Shown here piece by piece: positions 1 through 13,100 of a DNA stretch of 64,000 nucleotides. The notes beneath the pieces are model-generated. The model was given only the letters and a program-made list of their open reading frames with translations, did no database searches and was not told where the DNA came from. The translations under genes and the position numbers were made by a program. Every line of letters starts with the position of its first letter. The stretch's first letter is position 1. This DNA comes from Yuukianura sp. NJ FZ-2021 (Eukaryota): contig CM102287.1 of assembly GCA_046563655.1 (NCBI GenBank), forward strand, positions 3,844,001 to 3,908,000, read 5' to 3'.

Positions 1-533
1 ACTCAAATCCAACTTTTACCGTTTTCACTTTTGGTGTAAAATTGTACTTGTAGGGACTAAAAAACGCTTGAAGCGTCTACTTGGAAAGAGATTAAGGTTT
101 TGGCAAAGGCAGTAACCATAAATTCAAACTACACTTTCAAATACTTTTCAAAAACTCAAAAAAATTTACAAAATTTAAAAAAAAACGCTTTTCCTTCTGG
201 ATTTGCAATGAATTGAAAAATACCAGTCAAAAGAAAATTTTGAAACAAAATGGTGTCTTTTCATCTAAAAAGAGAAAGTTACTCTTTCAAATTGAATCCA
301 GGAAGAGATATAAAATCGAGTCCCAGCGCGAATTTTGTTCAGATTTTCAAAAAGAATTTGTTTTATTTTTTCAAAATTTTGGCAAAATGAAATTTTAACT
401 TTATTGTCGCGAACTGTGATGAAAGATACAACTTACACCTGCCATTGGCAGGTTGAGAGATTTAAGAAATGTCGTTAATGATTAAAGCATGTAGATTTCG
501 TAGAAGATTTTCAAAATTTTGAAATTTACTTAC

Positions 534-615
534 CGTTTGAACTTTCTCCTCCGTTTGTAGCTAGACAAAGTAGAAGGAAAAGAGTAAACAGATTGCACTC
601 TCTCCCGTTCACCAT
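534..615 (-). CDS. Probable first coding exon of a secreted or membrane protein; the gene continues beyond the left edge
   Basis: ATG at 615 gives MVNGRECNLFTLFLLLCLATNGGESSN, a hydrophobic signal-peptide-like stretch, followed directly by a consensus G|GTAAGT donor. A possible 5'UTR donor (AG|GTAAGC) lies near 1218. No downstream exon was identified. Confidence 0.4.
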
Positions 616-2689
616 TTTTTCACTTTCTCCTTTTTCTTCAAAAATTCCAGAAAACGTCTCGAAAAATTCAGCTTTCTTGTGCTTTTCCGCTAGTTTTATT
701 TTCTCCAAAAGGAAAAACGTGCTGAAAAAGACAAATCATTATTTTTCTGTGAGTAACCTTAGAAAAGTAGAGTAGTATGAATTCTAAAAATAGGATTTCA
801 GAAAATCTAGAACATTCTTAGGACTCTAGTGGAGTAGTGAGTGAGTCTGGTGAACTAGGTTGACTAATGATTCCCGTCAGGAAGAAAGCACAAATCCCGA
901 CATCCTCAACAGGCTACTACACAAACTCCCGGGTAGAATGACAAGGAGATGAGATTTTTAAGAAGCTTTCTCTCCTTTCTTTGCAGAAAAAAGTACTTTT
1001 TGAAAAACTGAAAACGAAAGACCTACTTTCTAAAAAAGCTTTTTAAAGAATGGAGATGGAAACGAAAAGCAGAGAAAAAATCATTCACCACTCTAAGACT
1101 TTACTCTTCTACGACAATTTCCAAATACTTTTTTTGAAACCATCTTTTCGAAATTTTGAACCGAACATGCCACACCTTTCTTTGTTCAGAAAAATAAGAA
1201 AGAACAAAGTAGCTTACCTTTGAAGTTAAGTCGATTTTAAAAGGCAATTTACTTCTAGTTCAACGTCACAACTTTTCAGTCCAAAATTTCAGTTTTTACG
1301 TCTAAAAATAAAAACGACACAAGAAACACTTCACGATTTGCAAGTTTTTAGCAAAATTTTGAATTTTCGTTTCAAACAGAAGTTTGAAAATTTTGTTTCT
1401 GCTATAAAATGTACCACACGCGCCCAAATACTTAAATTTTTGAGAGCTCCACAACCCAGTCGCTCTTCTTTTTCCTGGACAATGTTTGTAATCTTATCGA
1501 TTTCGAAAAAAAAACACTTTCTGAAATTGGAAATTGATTTTGAAAAACGAAAACAAAATGGATTTTTTGTCCTATTGTTTTGAGGAGGAGAATAGAAACC
1601 TTCTGTGTATTCTGGAAGTTGAAATTGTAATAAAACCAGAAGAGAAAACGCTTGGAGAGAAAGCAGAGAAGGAAAAAACTTTCACTTGGCCTGCAGCGCC
1701 GTCCTCACGTCTGGCAGAGCAGAAATTCTGCTAAATTGAACCTGCGACTGCGCAGATCCTTTTTTCACCGTTTCCCGGTGAAAGTCAACTTTCTCCTTTT
1801 GTTCCACTAGCCAAACTTTTCTTCCTTCCACTTATTTTCCAACCATTTGGAACCCACCGAAATTTCAAATCTGCCTTTCCTTGATCTTTTATCTCTCTCT
1901 GCTTTCTCTTGCTTTTTGAAAGAGATTTTATGAATTCGGCAATTCTAGGACGCTTTCAAAGCTCTCCATAATCTCTTGACTTCGTCAATCCAAAACTATA
2001 AGCTTCCAGAGTCCTAAAACCATCTAAGTCCAATTTTATTAGGCCATGCTTTTTATTATATGCATAGACTAAGGTTCGGAGGTTGTTCAGGTTAGGAACA
2101 CTCCAACTTCCAATTTTCCCTTGTTAGTCCCAGTCGAACTCCTAAAAGTGGAGGTAAACAAGGGAACACTTGAAGTGAAAGTTGAAGTTGAACAGGACCA
2201 GAATTAAGGAAAGTTGGGCCCTGTTCAGGCGGAAGAAAAGTGAAAGCAGAGTGGGAAAAAAAATAACCTAGCGGGAGGATTTGAATTGGAACGCTGGCCA
2301 CGTCCTGCGTGTGATAAGTAATCGAATCCAGCCGACCTCATCCACCGACACTGCTATAAAAAAAACTTGTTGAGTATAGTAGCACTTGAAGTCAGCAATA
2401 AGAACTGCAGAAAGTCAAGTGTGGTGATTTAAGAATTTCCAGTTTTTTGAAGCACAATGTTGGAAAAAAAGGAGAAAAAAAAAAGTAAACGAAAAAGTAG
2501 ACAAAACAGGAATTGTAAAACAGAGGTGTAAAAAACTTCAAACGCGAGACTAAAGTGAAGTGCGAAAAGTTGCACTTGTGTTTTGTTATGTAGAAAGTGA
2601 GATTATTTTTGGGATGTGTAAAGGTGAAAGGTGGTGGGAAGCAGATTTGGAGTGGGAGTGGGTGGAACGGCGTTTAGCTGGGTGGATGG

Positions 2690-2890
2690 GGGGTGACGGT
2701 GCGTGGATTAAGGGTGACGTTGCGTGGATGAGGGGTGGGAAGGGGGTGGTGTTGTGTGGATGGGGGGTGAGAAGGGGGTGTCGTTGCGTGGATGGGGGGT
2801 GGCCTTGCGTGGATGAGGGGTGGGAAGGGGGTGTCGTTGCGTGGGACAAGGTCGGAAAGCACAGAGAGGGGGTGGAAAGGGGGTGAGATT
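2690..2890. repeat. G-rich degenerate tandem repeat (unit like GGGGTGTCGTTGCGTGGATG), potential G-quadruplex
   Basis: Several copies of (gt)tgcgtgga interleaved with G4-G7 runs, in sharp contrast to the AT-rich flanks. Confidence 0.7.
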
Positions 2891-5800
2891 GGGTGGTTCT
2901 GGGTGGGCGGCGGCGGTACTGTGTGGGTGCTCTCCATACTCCCCACTGGGGAGTGGGTTTAAGAAAGTTTGAGGGAAAGTGTGTCACTTTGACCTTTTGT
3001 CGCCCACCCCCACCCCTCGGGGGGGCTTCCACCCCACCGTTTTCTTTGAGCCGTTATCTCTATTGAGCTGCTTGCTCTTTTGGGACAGTGGAATGTGAAG
3101 GATTCAGAAATAAAGTTTCAGTTGAACAGAAGCCTCAATAGAACTCATCCTCATCATGCTTCTTCTCTCCAGTGACAAATCCCACCAGCTTAACTTTCAC
3201 TTCGTGGGCGTATGAAAAGACTAAGACCTTACCTTAACCACAAACTAACAAAAATAATTTTTTTTAGATTGAACAAACAATTTTGGAAAGATTTCAGTTA
3301 TGATTTCTTTTAGATTTCTATTTTTCAGTATTTTCAGATCTATTTTTGGATTTCTAGAAAATAGTTTGATTCGGTGAAAGTTTTTGTCTAAAATTGGCAT
3401 TGGAAGTTCTTTCGCCGTGGTGGCTTCATTCCTTTTCATGTTTCTGATGAAGACTTTTTTTTAGAAAAACTTTTTTAAATTGGCGAGCTTACTGAAAAAC
3501 GTCAGTGGTAAAGTCCTGTCGTTAAATTAAGAAATTCTTTTGGTTCATTTTAGGAAATCTTTTGAGTGAGAAATCCAATCAGGGCTTCATTCAAACTTTT
3601 TACTTTCTCCAAATCTTTTTTCCTTTCTTTTTGAAAAACACAAATCGGAACCAATTGAAATTAAACTTTCTCTCTTCCTTCTCTCCCAAATCTTGATTTT
3701 CTCAAAAAATTTACATTTTCTAAACTCCAAATTTCCAAAAACTTCAACCTGGCAGTGTGGAAGTCCCATAAGGCTGAAATTCCCGAAATAAATTCCAAAA
3801 CGAGAGTGAAATTCCAAGAATTTTTTTCCGTTTCTTTGCATGATTTATTTCTGGAATAAAATTGTGGATTTTTTCTCCTCCTTTCCTGTCCGCATTCACA
3901 AGAAAGTTTTGAAATATTCTTAAACTTAAAAAGAAAAATGCTTATATAGCATAATGTGATGGTTGCCTAAAGGTCAAAGGTCAAATTCCACTAAACACTA
4001 GAGGTTAACCTTCACTTTCAAAAGCAGCAGCAGTACTACCATTCGAATTTTGAAAACATCAACGCGGCAGTGCAAAAATTTCCTAATACAAAGTCCCCTC
4101 ACATTTAAGTTAGAGTTTCAATTTAAAAAGTTTAAAATTTTAAGTTTCTAAATTTTAAGAAACGAGGAGGAAAAGACATAGTACTTAGAAATTCGACCTG
4201 TTTAAAAAAACGACTATTCTTGTTCATGTTTTTGGTTACTTTCTGTGTAATTAACTAATCTTAAAACTAATTAAGTAATTAATTGTACTACAATTAATTT
4301 AACAACCCTTGCAATATCCTAAAAACCTTCGTCCCTTAAAATCCCACAGCATTTTAGGAAAATTGTACTCTCAGCTTCCGCCTTCCTAAAGCCCTCATCA
4401 ATCTTAATTATTAATTATTAGTTAACACCTTCGCCCCTGATTAACTGTTAATTTCAATTAACTTTAACAATTAACTACAACTACTAATTAAAACTATGTA
4501 TTAATCAGTTAGTTCATAATATCTCAGTCAGTCAAGGTTAAAAGATTTGGTTTGGGTTTCGTCTCTTCTCAGAATCTGCTTTCTTCGTCCCTCCGAATTT
4601 AAAATTCCCACCTAACACAATCCACGTTAAGTTTAAACATCTTAACAAAACCTAACATAAACGTAACCATTTAACATAACTATACATTCTAAATATACGT
4701 TTATACACTAAACTTACATTCCTAAGCACTAAACAGAACAACTACGGTAAGTTTAAGTTTAATTTCTTAAGTTTTTTAAGTTTGTAGACACCACTTGACA
4801 AAGACTCTTCTCGCCCGCTTTCACCGGTTACAAGTAACACGTACGACGTGCTTACACGCTACACGCACACGTGATTACGTGAGATGAACACGTTACACGT
4901 AAAACGCTAACGCTAACTTCACTTTATGTACACTCCACTATTTCCTGCCTTTTGTGATGAAAACTTTCTCCATTACGAAAAAAATTGTTCAAGAAGTTTC
5001 TTTTTTTTCCAAATCCCTCGCAACTTCCAAGCATCTAAAAGTAGCATCATTTAAAACTCCACCAAATTGAAAGTGTTTTTCAGAAAGTTTCAAAATTTGA
5101 AATGTTTGTTCAAAACTTCTTTTTAGAAAATTACAAACACTCAAAATCCTACTCCCACTAACTCTCCTTCAAGTGAATTTTACTAGACATGATGAATGAA
5201 TGACGATGAGTTTTAAAACTTTGACGCTAAAAAGTAAGTATAGGAACAGCCCCAGCTTTTCTAAAGCCATTCGTCAATAATATTCCTGCTTCCAAATTTT
5301 AATTTTAGTAAAAATTCATAAACCTCCAAATTGAAAATGTTATTTAGGCTTAAAAACCATCTTTTTGTCAAAATTTTGCTAAAATCTGCACATTTCATTC
5401 ACTCCTGGGAGCGTAACTTTCACTTTGCTCAATTAATTCTCCCTCTTTAATACCCCTCTCTTTTCACTCAAATTTTCCACTTCTGCAAAACATTTCACTT
5501 TGATTAGATATCACAACCACCGCCACGCTCACTACTTTTTCCATTTTCAAAAACACGGCCTACTTTCACCAAAAACCGTAACCCGGCACTGACTTTTACT
5601 CAAATCCGTCCACTCCATTGACTTTTACTCAAAACCGTGGACTGAATTTTCCTAAAAAGTGGTGCACCACTCTAGTGCTCAACTCTACACGTCTTATGCC
5701 CACTCCAATTAATTAGACTCTCACTCCATCATCCTTTGATCATTTTCCCGGGGAAAAGCAAGTGACAGGGACTTTAGTCCCTTTATGGCTCTCTCAAATC

Positions 5801-7112
5801 CCAAACCACAAGAGAAATTCATCATAACTCACTCCACACACGACCACAGTCCAAAAATTCAATTTTCTCTTCAAAAAGTCTTTCATGGTCTTTCACTGGC
5901 CCTGCAGCAGGAGAAAGTTCAAGATAAAAGGACCAATGGAGCAATGAAGATATCAATCACGATTTTGTCTCTCAGGAAGAAAAAAAGAGCAGTCAAGAAT
6001 CCTAAGAGTGTTAGGCTAACCTAACCAATTTTTCACGAACAAAACGCCTAGTCTAACCATGAAAAAAGCCTGACTTAATCATGAAAAAGCCTAACCTTAA
6101 CCTAACGCTTTTCACAAGAACTTGGTCAAAACGTACCAAGTTTTTTTCCTTCCTGTTTTCCACACTTTGATCTTCATTTCTCTCGCCACCGCTTTTACTA
6201 TCGTCCAGAAATAAAATTTTGACCAATTTTTTCAGCTTTCGTCCAGAAATTCACTTTCTCAAAAAACCGGGAAAAAATATCAGACTTTACCAAGATTGAA
6301 AATTTTGAATTTAAGCTTCCAAAAAACGAAAAGTTGAAAGTAGCTAGATGAAGTTTCTAAAAGAGGCTTAAATCCCGGAACCATAAAATCATAAAACATC
6401 TGAAAAATTGAAAAGTTCAAAAATTTCAAAAACCCGCCAACGCGAAGATCAAAAAGGTTTAAAATTAGTACCTCAAATGAAAATCTTTTGAAATCTGCAG
6501 CCAATCAAAAACCGCCATTTCACGTAGGTGGCAAATTAGCGCAAAAACTCTTTCCCAACTTTAAATTTACATGAGAAGTTGCTAATTCTGGAGCAGGAAA
6601 AGGGAAAGCAAAACGGAAGGAGAAAAGAAAGTGCTTCTCATGCATAATTTTGACTACTCAACCTCTACAGAAACTGCAGCGCTTTCAAGAAGAAAAACAG
6701 CGCTTTTTTGAAACGGGATTTTTCAAAAAAGACAAAGAAGAACAGAACATCTTATCCAGGAGGTTCGAAGTCTGGAAAAAAAACGAAAAAGAAAAAAACG
6801 ACAGGAATGAAATATTGATAATCCCCAACGTATTTGAAATTTCACGAAAAAAGAAAGAAGCTCTGTCCTGTACAAAAAAGAAAGAAGCTTTTTGCCTGGT
6901 ATAAAAAAAAGAAGCTTTTTGCTCCGTATCTTCATTGCTCCATTTTCGTACTTTCCCCGCTTAAAACCTTTGCCAATCTTCTCCAAATTTAAGTTTCCAT
7001 TACTTTCATTGCGTCTCTCTCTATAACCATAGGTAACCACCGTAACCATAACCGTAACCACGCACGTTGTCCCCATAACCTTAGATAAGCCTCCTAATGA
7101 CCTTTGACCTCC

Positions 7113-10100
7113 TCAATTATTATTCTCTACTGACGGTGTCGTTGAGTCAATCTTCGGTAAAATCTGTTTCTGGGGTAAAATCCGCTTGTGCACCGTGGGC
7201 GCCGTGGAACTGCTCACGACCTTGCTTTTCAGCGGTCCCTTCTTGGCTCCTTGGAGATTCGTGCTGCTTCCAAGCGGGAGACTGACTGTCATGGGTGGCG
7301 TAGCGGTGTTCGGCGGCGGTGCAACGACCGTGGCAGACGGAGGCTGTGCAGATCCTAATCCCAGTTGACAATCATTTGTACTCGAATCGGGAGTGGCATT
7401 TTGTCTTGAAGAATCGTCAATTCCCAATTCTCCGCTCGTCTTCTGTTGTGCATCGGCCATAGTCGTCGTCAGCACCGATCCGGGAGGAATCACTTGCGTC
7501 AAGGTCATATCTTTCCGCGGAAGGACAATCGGACTTGGTTGTGTCTGTGTCACTTGAAGAGGCATTCCCGGGCCAAGTTTTAGCTGCGGTTGCATTTGCT
7601 GTGGTTGCTGCTGTTGCTGTCCAGGAGAAGACAATTGCGGTCCAGTTTGCTGGATAAACAAAGTTCCATCGGCTGGATTCAGAATCAAATTCGGAAGAGT
7701 CAAGATCGTCGGAGTCGGAAAAAAGTTCATGTTCATATTCATGTTCATGGGCTGGAGGAATCCTTGTGGTCCAATGTTGAACGACGGCGGTAGAAGAAGT
7801 GGAATTTGTTGTTGTTGTTGAACATGTTGTTGCTGCTGGACTTGTTGGTGGTTGAACAACTGCTGAAGCAGTAGCTGTTGCTGTAATTGGAGTTGAGCTT
7901 GTTGTTGTTGCTGCTTTTTACTCAGTCGTTTTTTCTTTTTCTTTGGTCCAGGCACCATCAGATTAGCTGCTCCGCACATGCTCGGGTCAATTACCATAGT
8001 TGCTCCTTGATGCAGCAATTCTTGCCCATGCGTAGGATTATTTTGATCAATTTGAATAAACGACTGGGGTTCGGTTCCATTCGGAATCAAAAGTGGAGTC
8101 GGTCCGCCTCCCGGATTCAGAAAAATTGGTTGCAAAGTTTGAAAAATTGGATACCGCAGAGCAGGATTGTTTGGATCTTGTTGTTGCAGAATCAGCTGAT
8201 TTCCATTTCCAAGTATTCCAGCACCGGAAGTCGTCGGTCCACAACTCAGGACAGAATTTGAAGTCATAATGGGCACGTTTCCTTGAGCCGAATTTGATGT
8301 CGTTGTTATAGTCGTTCCATTACTAGTAAAAATCGCTTGCGGTAAACTCTGAAACGGGATAGGATGACTCGAAATCAGCGGCATGGATACTGGAGCAGTA
8401 GATGCTGGCAGCACATTTCCATAACGAACAGTTGCTGGTGCAGACTTGATCATTTCTGGTTGCTTCATCACAGGAACAGGAGGAGGGTTGCTCGAAGCTG
8501 AAGCTGAAGCAGCATCGGCAATGATTTTCAGTATTTTGGATTCCAGTGTCATGTTTTCCGTTGTCGCTGATTCGCTCGGTTCTTTTCGACTTTTAGAATT
8601 CATAACTGCAACTTCAGCGATTTCAGCAGCAGCGATTGGTACTTCCGAACCACCTTCCGAATGGAACCGATCGACAACATCTTGTACTCTCTGCAGCGGT
8701 GACTTCTCTCCAGTACATTCCGTCTGATCACTCGTCACAGCAGTACTTCTTGAACCCGCCGAATTTGATTTCTGCACCAATTTTGGTAAAACGCTTGAAG
8801 TTTTAGCAGTAGATGCTGGGCCAGTATCCACAATCGAAATCGTAACTGAACTTGGCCCTTGCGTCGACGCAACTCCAGTACTCAGAATTGGTGTCGTTGA
8901 ATTCACCAATCTTGGCATTCCAAATCCACCAACAAATTCCTGTCCAAACGAAGTTGCTTGAGGTAGAATATTCGTAAACTGCAATGCAGGTTGTGGATGT
9001 GCTGCTACTGATGCTGGCAGTATCTGTCCGCTTCCACCAGCATTCGTACTTTGACCTTGACTAGCACCAGGAGTGATTGACCCTTGACCGGGACGAGGAG
9101 GTGGTTGATTCTTTTCAAGTGGAATCTGTCTGACATCAACATTTGGACAGGGCGAGGGAGCCCTTTTGGCGGGACTTTTCGAAATCAAATGATGTTGGTA
9201 GTTTCCTTTCTTCGCATTAGTTGGACTTGAGCCCGGCGGAGTTTGTGGTCTGACGAGAGAAGTTGAAGGGGCCACTGGCCATGCAAATTCTGACGCTTGA
9301 CCTTGACCTTTTGACCCCACGGAGACCGTCGTCACAGGACTCGTTTTGATTCCAGTCGTACCGATAGAAGTTGGAGTAGAATTTGTCGAGCGACCACTTT
9401 GCGTTAACGACGGTTCCGAAGAGACTGACGACGCCGGAGACATGTCCCTCTACACCAAAAATCAAAAACATCAAATTCCATACCAAAATTTCAAAAAGTT
9501 CTAAATGTTCAAAATTTTGAGCAACCTGTGGAGTTGTCTGTGTCGTCGTATCAGGAGACTGTTGTGCAAATGGAATTGCCACATTTTGATTGTACACAGG
9601 CGGAGTTGGGGTCGTCGGTGTCGTCACAGCCGTTGACCTGTTGATCACAATTAAGTTTGAATCTCGCGTCGGCGTCGATTTTCCATCTTTTGCCGTAACT
9701 GCACTCGGAATTTGGGATTCGGGTGTTTCCGTTCGTCTCTTCTTCCCTCCAGGGCCAAATTTCTTCCTTCCCCCATCCTCCCCATCCCCAGAGTCTCCTG
9801 CGTAATCAATCAAGACACAAAATTAATTCATCACATCAAATAATCATGGCCTCAATGACTCACTCCTTCCCCAATGTTCTACCCCCATGCAAACTCCCAA
9901 TTAAAAATTGAGCTTTCCAGCCCTTCCAGTGTCTAGGGACCACAAAATTTCAACAATGACAAAATTTCCCCGCAGTTGAGGACAAAAAACATCTCTGGAA
10001 AAAAAATATCAAACTTTCTCTATCAGCAAAAAGTCAAAATACCGCAAAGCTAAAGAACTAAAAATATCGCTATCAACAAAACGTCAAAATTCCGTTATCA

Positions 10101-13100
10101 GTAAAAAGTCAAAACATCAGTGAAAACTCAAAATATCGGTATCAGTAAAAAGCCAAAATATCATTATCAGCAAAAACTCAAAATATCGGTATCAGTAAAA
10201 AGTCAAAATATCAGTATCAGCAATAGGTCAAAATATTTCTATCGGTAAAAAGTAAAAATATCGGAAAGACAACGAAGTCAAAATATCGCGACCTTTAAAA
10301 AGTCAGAATACCGCAACGCCAAAAAAAGTGTTTTCGCGCTCGTACGGATTAAGCGGTGTGCTCCAGCCTTAAGTTGACATCCCAATTACTCATTCCATGC
10401 CGTAACCCTCCCCTCTCCGCAAAATCTGTTCACCCCTCCCGGTATTTCCCATCTCCCGGAATTTGCTAAACACAAAAGTCCATTTGAACAGACCCCCTCC
10501 CTCCCCCTTGTTTCAAAATCCTGTTCAAACAGAAAAGACAATACGAAAGCCTAATTAATTCTCTTCTAATCTCACTTCATTCCCCTCAATTTAATTACTA
10601 CAAATTCATTCATCCAACTTCCTCGTTCCGCTTCATCTCCCCTCAACCACCATGCTACTACTCTTCCACTTCCTAAAACAACCAAACCATCCACAAAATC
10701 TGCTACATTAGGCGACAAGTCTAAAACATAAAACAAGAACAATCTGTTTTCATTTTGAAATTTCCAAAAAGGTTCTGAACATCTCCTAAAATGTCAGAGA
10801 GGACAGGCAGTTTAACAAAACGACATGTAGAGTAGTCAAGTTAACAATGAACAGGAAGCAACAATGGAGTTGTACAACAATATAACAATGGGTACAGCTT
10901 CCAATTCCACTGCAGTTCAACCCTATTCAACAACATAACAAATTCCCAATTAGTGTCACAATTTGTTTCCTTTTCTCCAAAAACTTGACACTTGATGGAG
11001 AAACTTGTCAAAAATTAACAACAAAAAATTCAAAAATTATCCTCGCCCCATTTCAGTCAATTCAAACTCATCACCAGCTCAATCACGATGTGTCCAAAAA
11101 AAAACATTTATGTCATTTCAAAATTTCGAAAATCATTTTCAACGACCTAAAATCGGCTACCATGCGCCTTCAAAATTTTGAACTAAAAAAACTCAACCCT
11201 ACAAACCGAAATTCTTTTCAGTAGTGCCAACTTTTCTCTCGTTTTTGCAAGAAAAAAAAATACATTTTTTTTCGCATGCATCATTTGATGCGTGTAATTT
11301 GCAAAAGAAAAAAAAACGGTTTTTGTACCGTAATTTGTGTCTATTAGGCCGGACACTTTTATTGGCCTCGTTAAGTACCCCAGAACAACACAATAATTTA
11401 CATTTTATGGTTGAAGTATTAATTCCATCCTGGTTGAATTAAGGCCCCCATTCCACTTTTGTACCCACCAGAAAAAGAAACTGAAAAAAATTGTTTAAGC
11501 TCCGGAGTTCCTCTACTTCCTGGATCCCCCTTTTCTAAAACGTCTGTTCTAAAAGTTGGCTGTTCTAAAAAGGAAAAGCCGCATTAAAAAGCAGAGTCTT
11601 TTGAATTTATTTTGTTCTCTCCAACTATTTTGAAACATCTGTCTCAAATGCCTTTTATTACAAAATTATTTTACTACACTTTCCATTCCCCCAGTCACAA
11701 GGGGCACCGCTACAACCAAAAACTTACAAAAAAAATCTATTCAACATTTCTCAGATGGAAAAAGTTCAATCATCTCCCTCCTTTCTTTTCTTCACTTCCC
11801 CGCTTTTCCTCTTCAACCTTTCCAAAGTTCACCAGCTTCAAATGAAAAATGAAATATTCATACCGTAATAGTTCTAATAAACACCCGCCAAAAAACTAAA
11901 CATCTCCACACTAACCTAATGGTAATCCTAGATTCAACTTAACCTAAACAGCCTAAATATAATCCATTTTCAAGCACCTAATAAACTCATATAGCACCCG
12001 ATTATATCTCCTGCAAAAAATTAAAATACCTCTAAAAATACCGCTAAATATCTCCATCAAAAATACCTCCAGAAATACCGCTAAATACCTCCATAAAAAT
12101 ACCTCAGTTTCAGCACATGAGATAGCTTAGTTTGTTAAGTTCTGACGAAGTTTGCGACGAATTTTATAACCCAATTTTTTGAGGAAATACGGCAGTTTGA
12201 TTAAAGTCCGGAAATTATTTGAGGAATTACGGTATTTCGGTTCTCAGTTTCTGAAGCGTTAGCGTGTGCCTTTCCGCACGCTTCTAACGGCACAATAATT
12301 CCCTGTTAGATGCCTTTTCAAACACTGTTTTTCATCTGCGCTTTTGAGTGGGGAGGGGGAACGGAGGGTGCTGCTCATCCTTGAAAGACGCTTCCGAAAA
12401 AAAAAACACCAAGATGAGATTCTGTTCTTTCAAAAATAATAAACTCCGAAATGAAAATGAGAAAAGGGGAGAAAAGTTGCATTCATTACAAACACCACCA
12501 GAAAATGGAAATTTTCAACAACACAATTTGCACGCTCAAAAAATACAACAAAAGAATTGCATTTCTCAAAAATCCTGTTCCAGAAAAAGCTCTTTGAAAA
12601 ACGTAACCTTTTAACATGAAACTCGTCAAACAAGAAATCTCAGTTCCAATTCAATTCACAATTAAACAAAAGTAGAACAAAAAAAAATTAACTTTAGTAA
12701 ACAAACGAAAAATAAGAACATCCTTTTCAAAAACCTAACTTTTTTTCAACAAAAAGAATTCACATTTCCAATTTCCAAAAGTTTTCATTTTCACAAACTT
12801 TTCCTTTTCCACCAGCACAGCAGTGAGTCTCTCGAATAATTGAAAAAGTAAAATTGAAAAGTTTTTTCAATACAAAATCCATGGAGGGGTTTTCCACTCT
12901 CTCTCAAAAAATGTTTGATATTCAAAAGTAGACAATGGAGGGGCCTTTAGCACTAGAAAGAGAATGAAAAAATGAAAAAAGTGAGTTAAATTCCCATTCC
13001 AGGTGTGGTGTCTTTGTCATCATGAGCCTCATCGATTTCTCACACCCTTAAAAACATCCAAAAGAACTAAATATCAAATAGAACAAACAACTCAAACGCA

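Noticed and set aside
2560..3032. ORFs of 90-148 aa across the G-rich island
   Set aside because: By-products of low-complexity repeat sequence with no domain or splice support.
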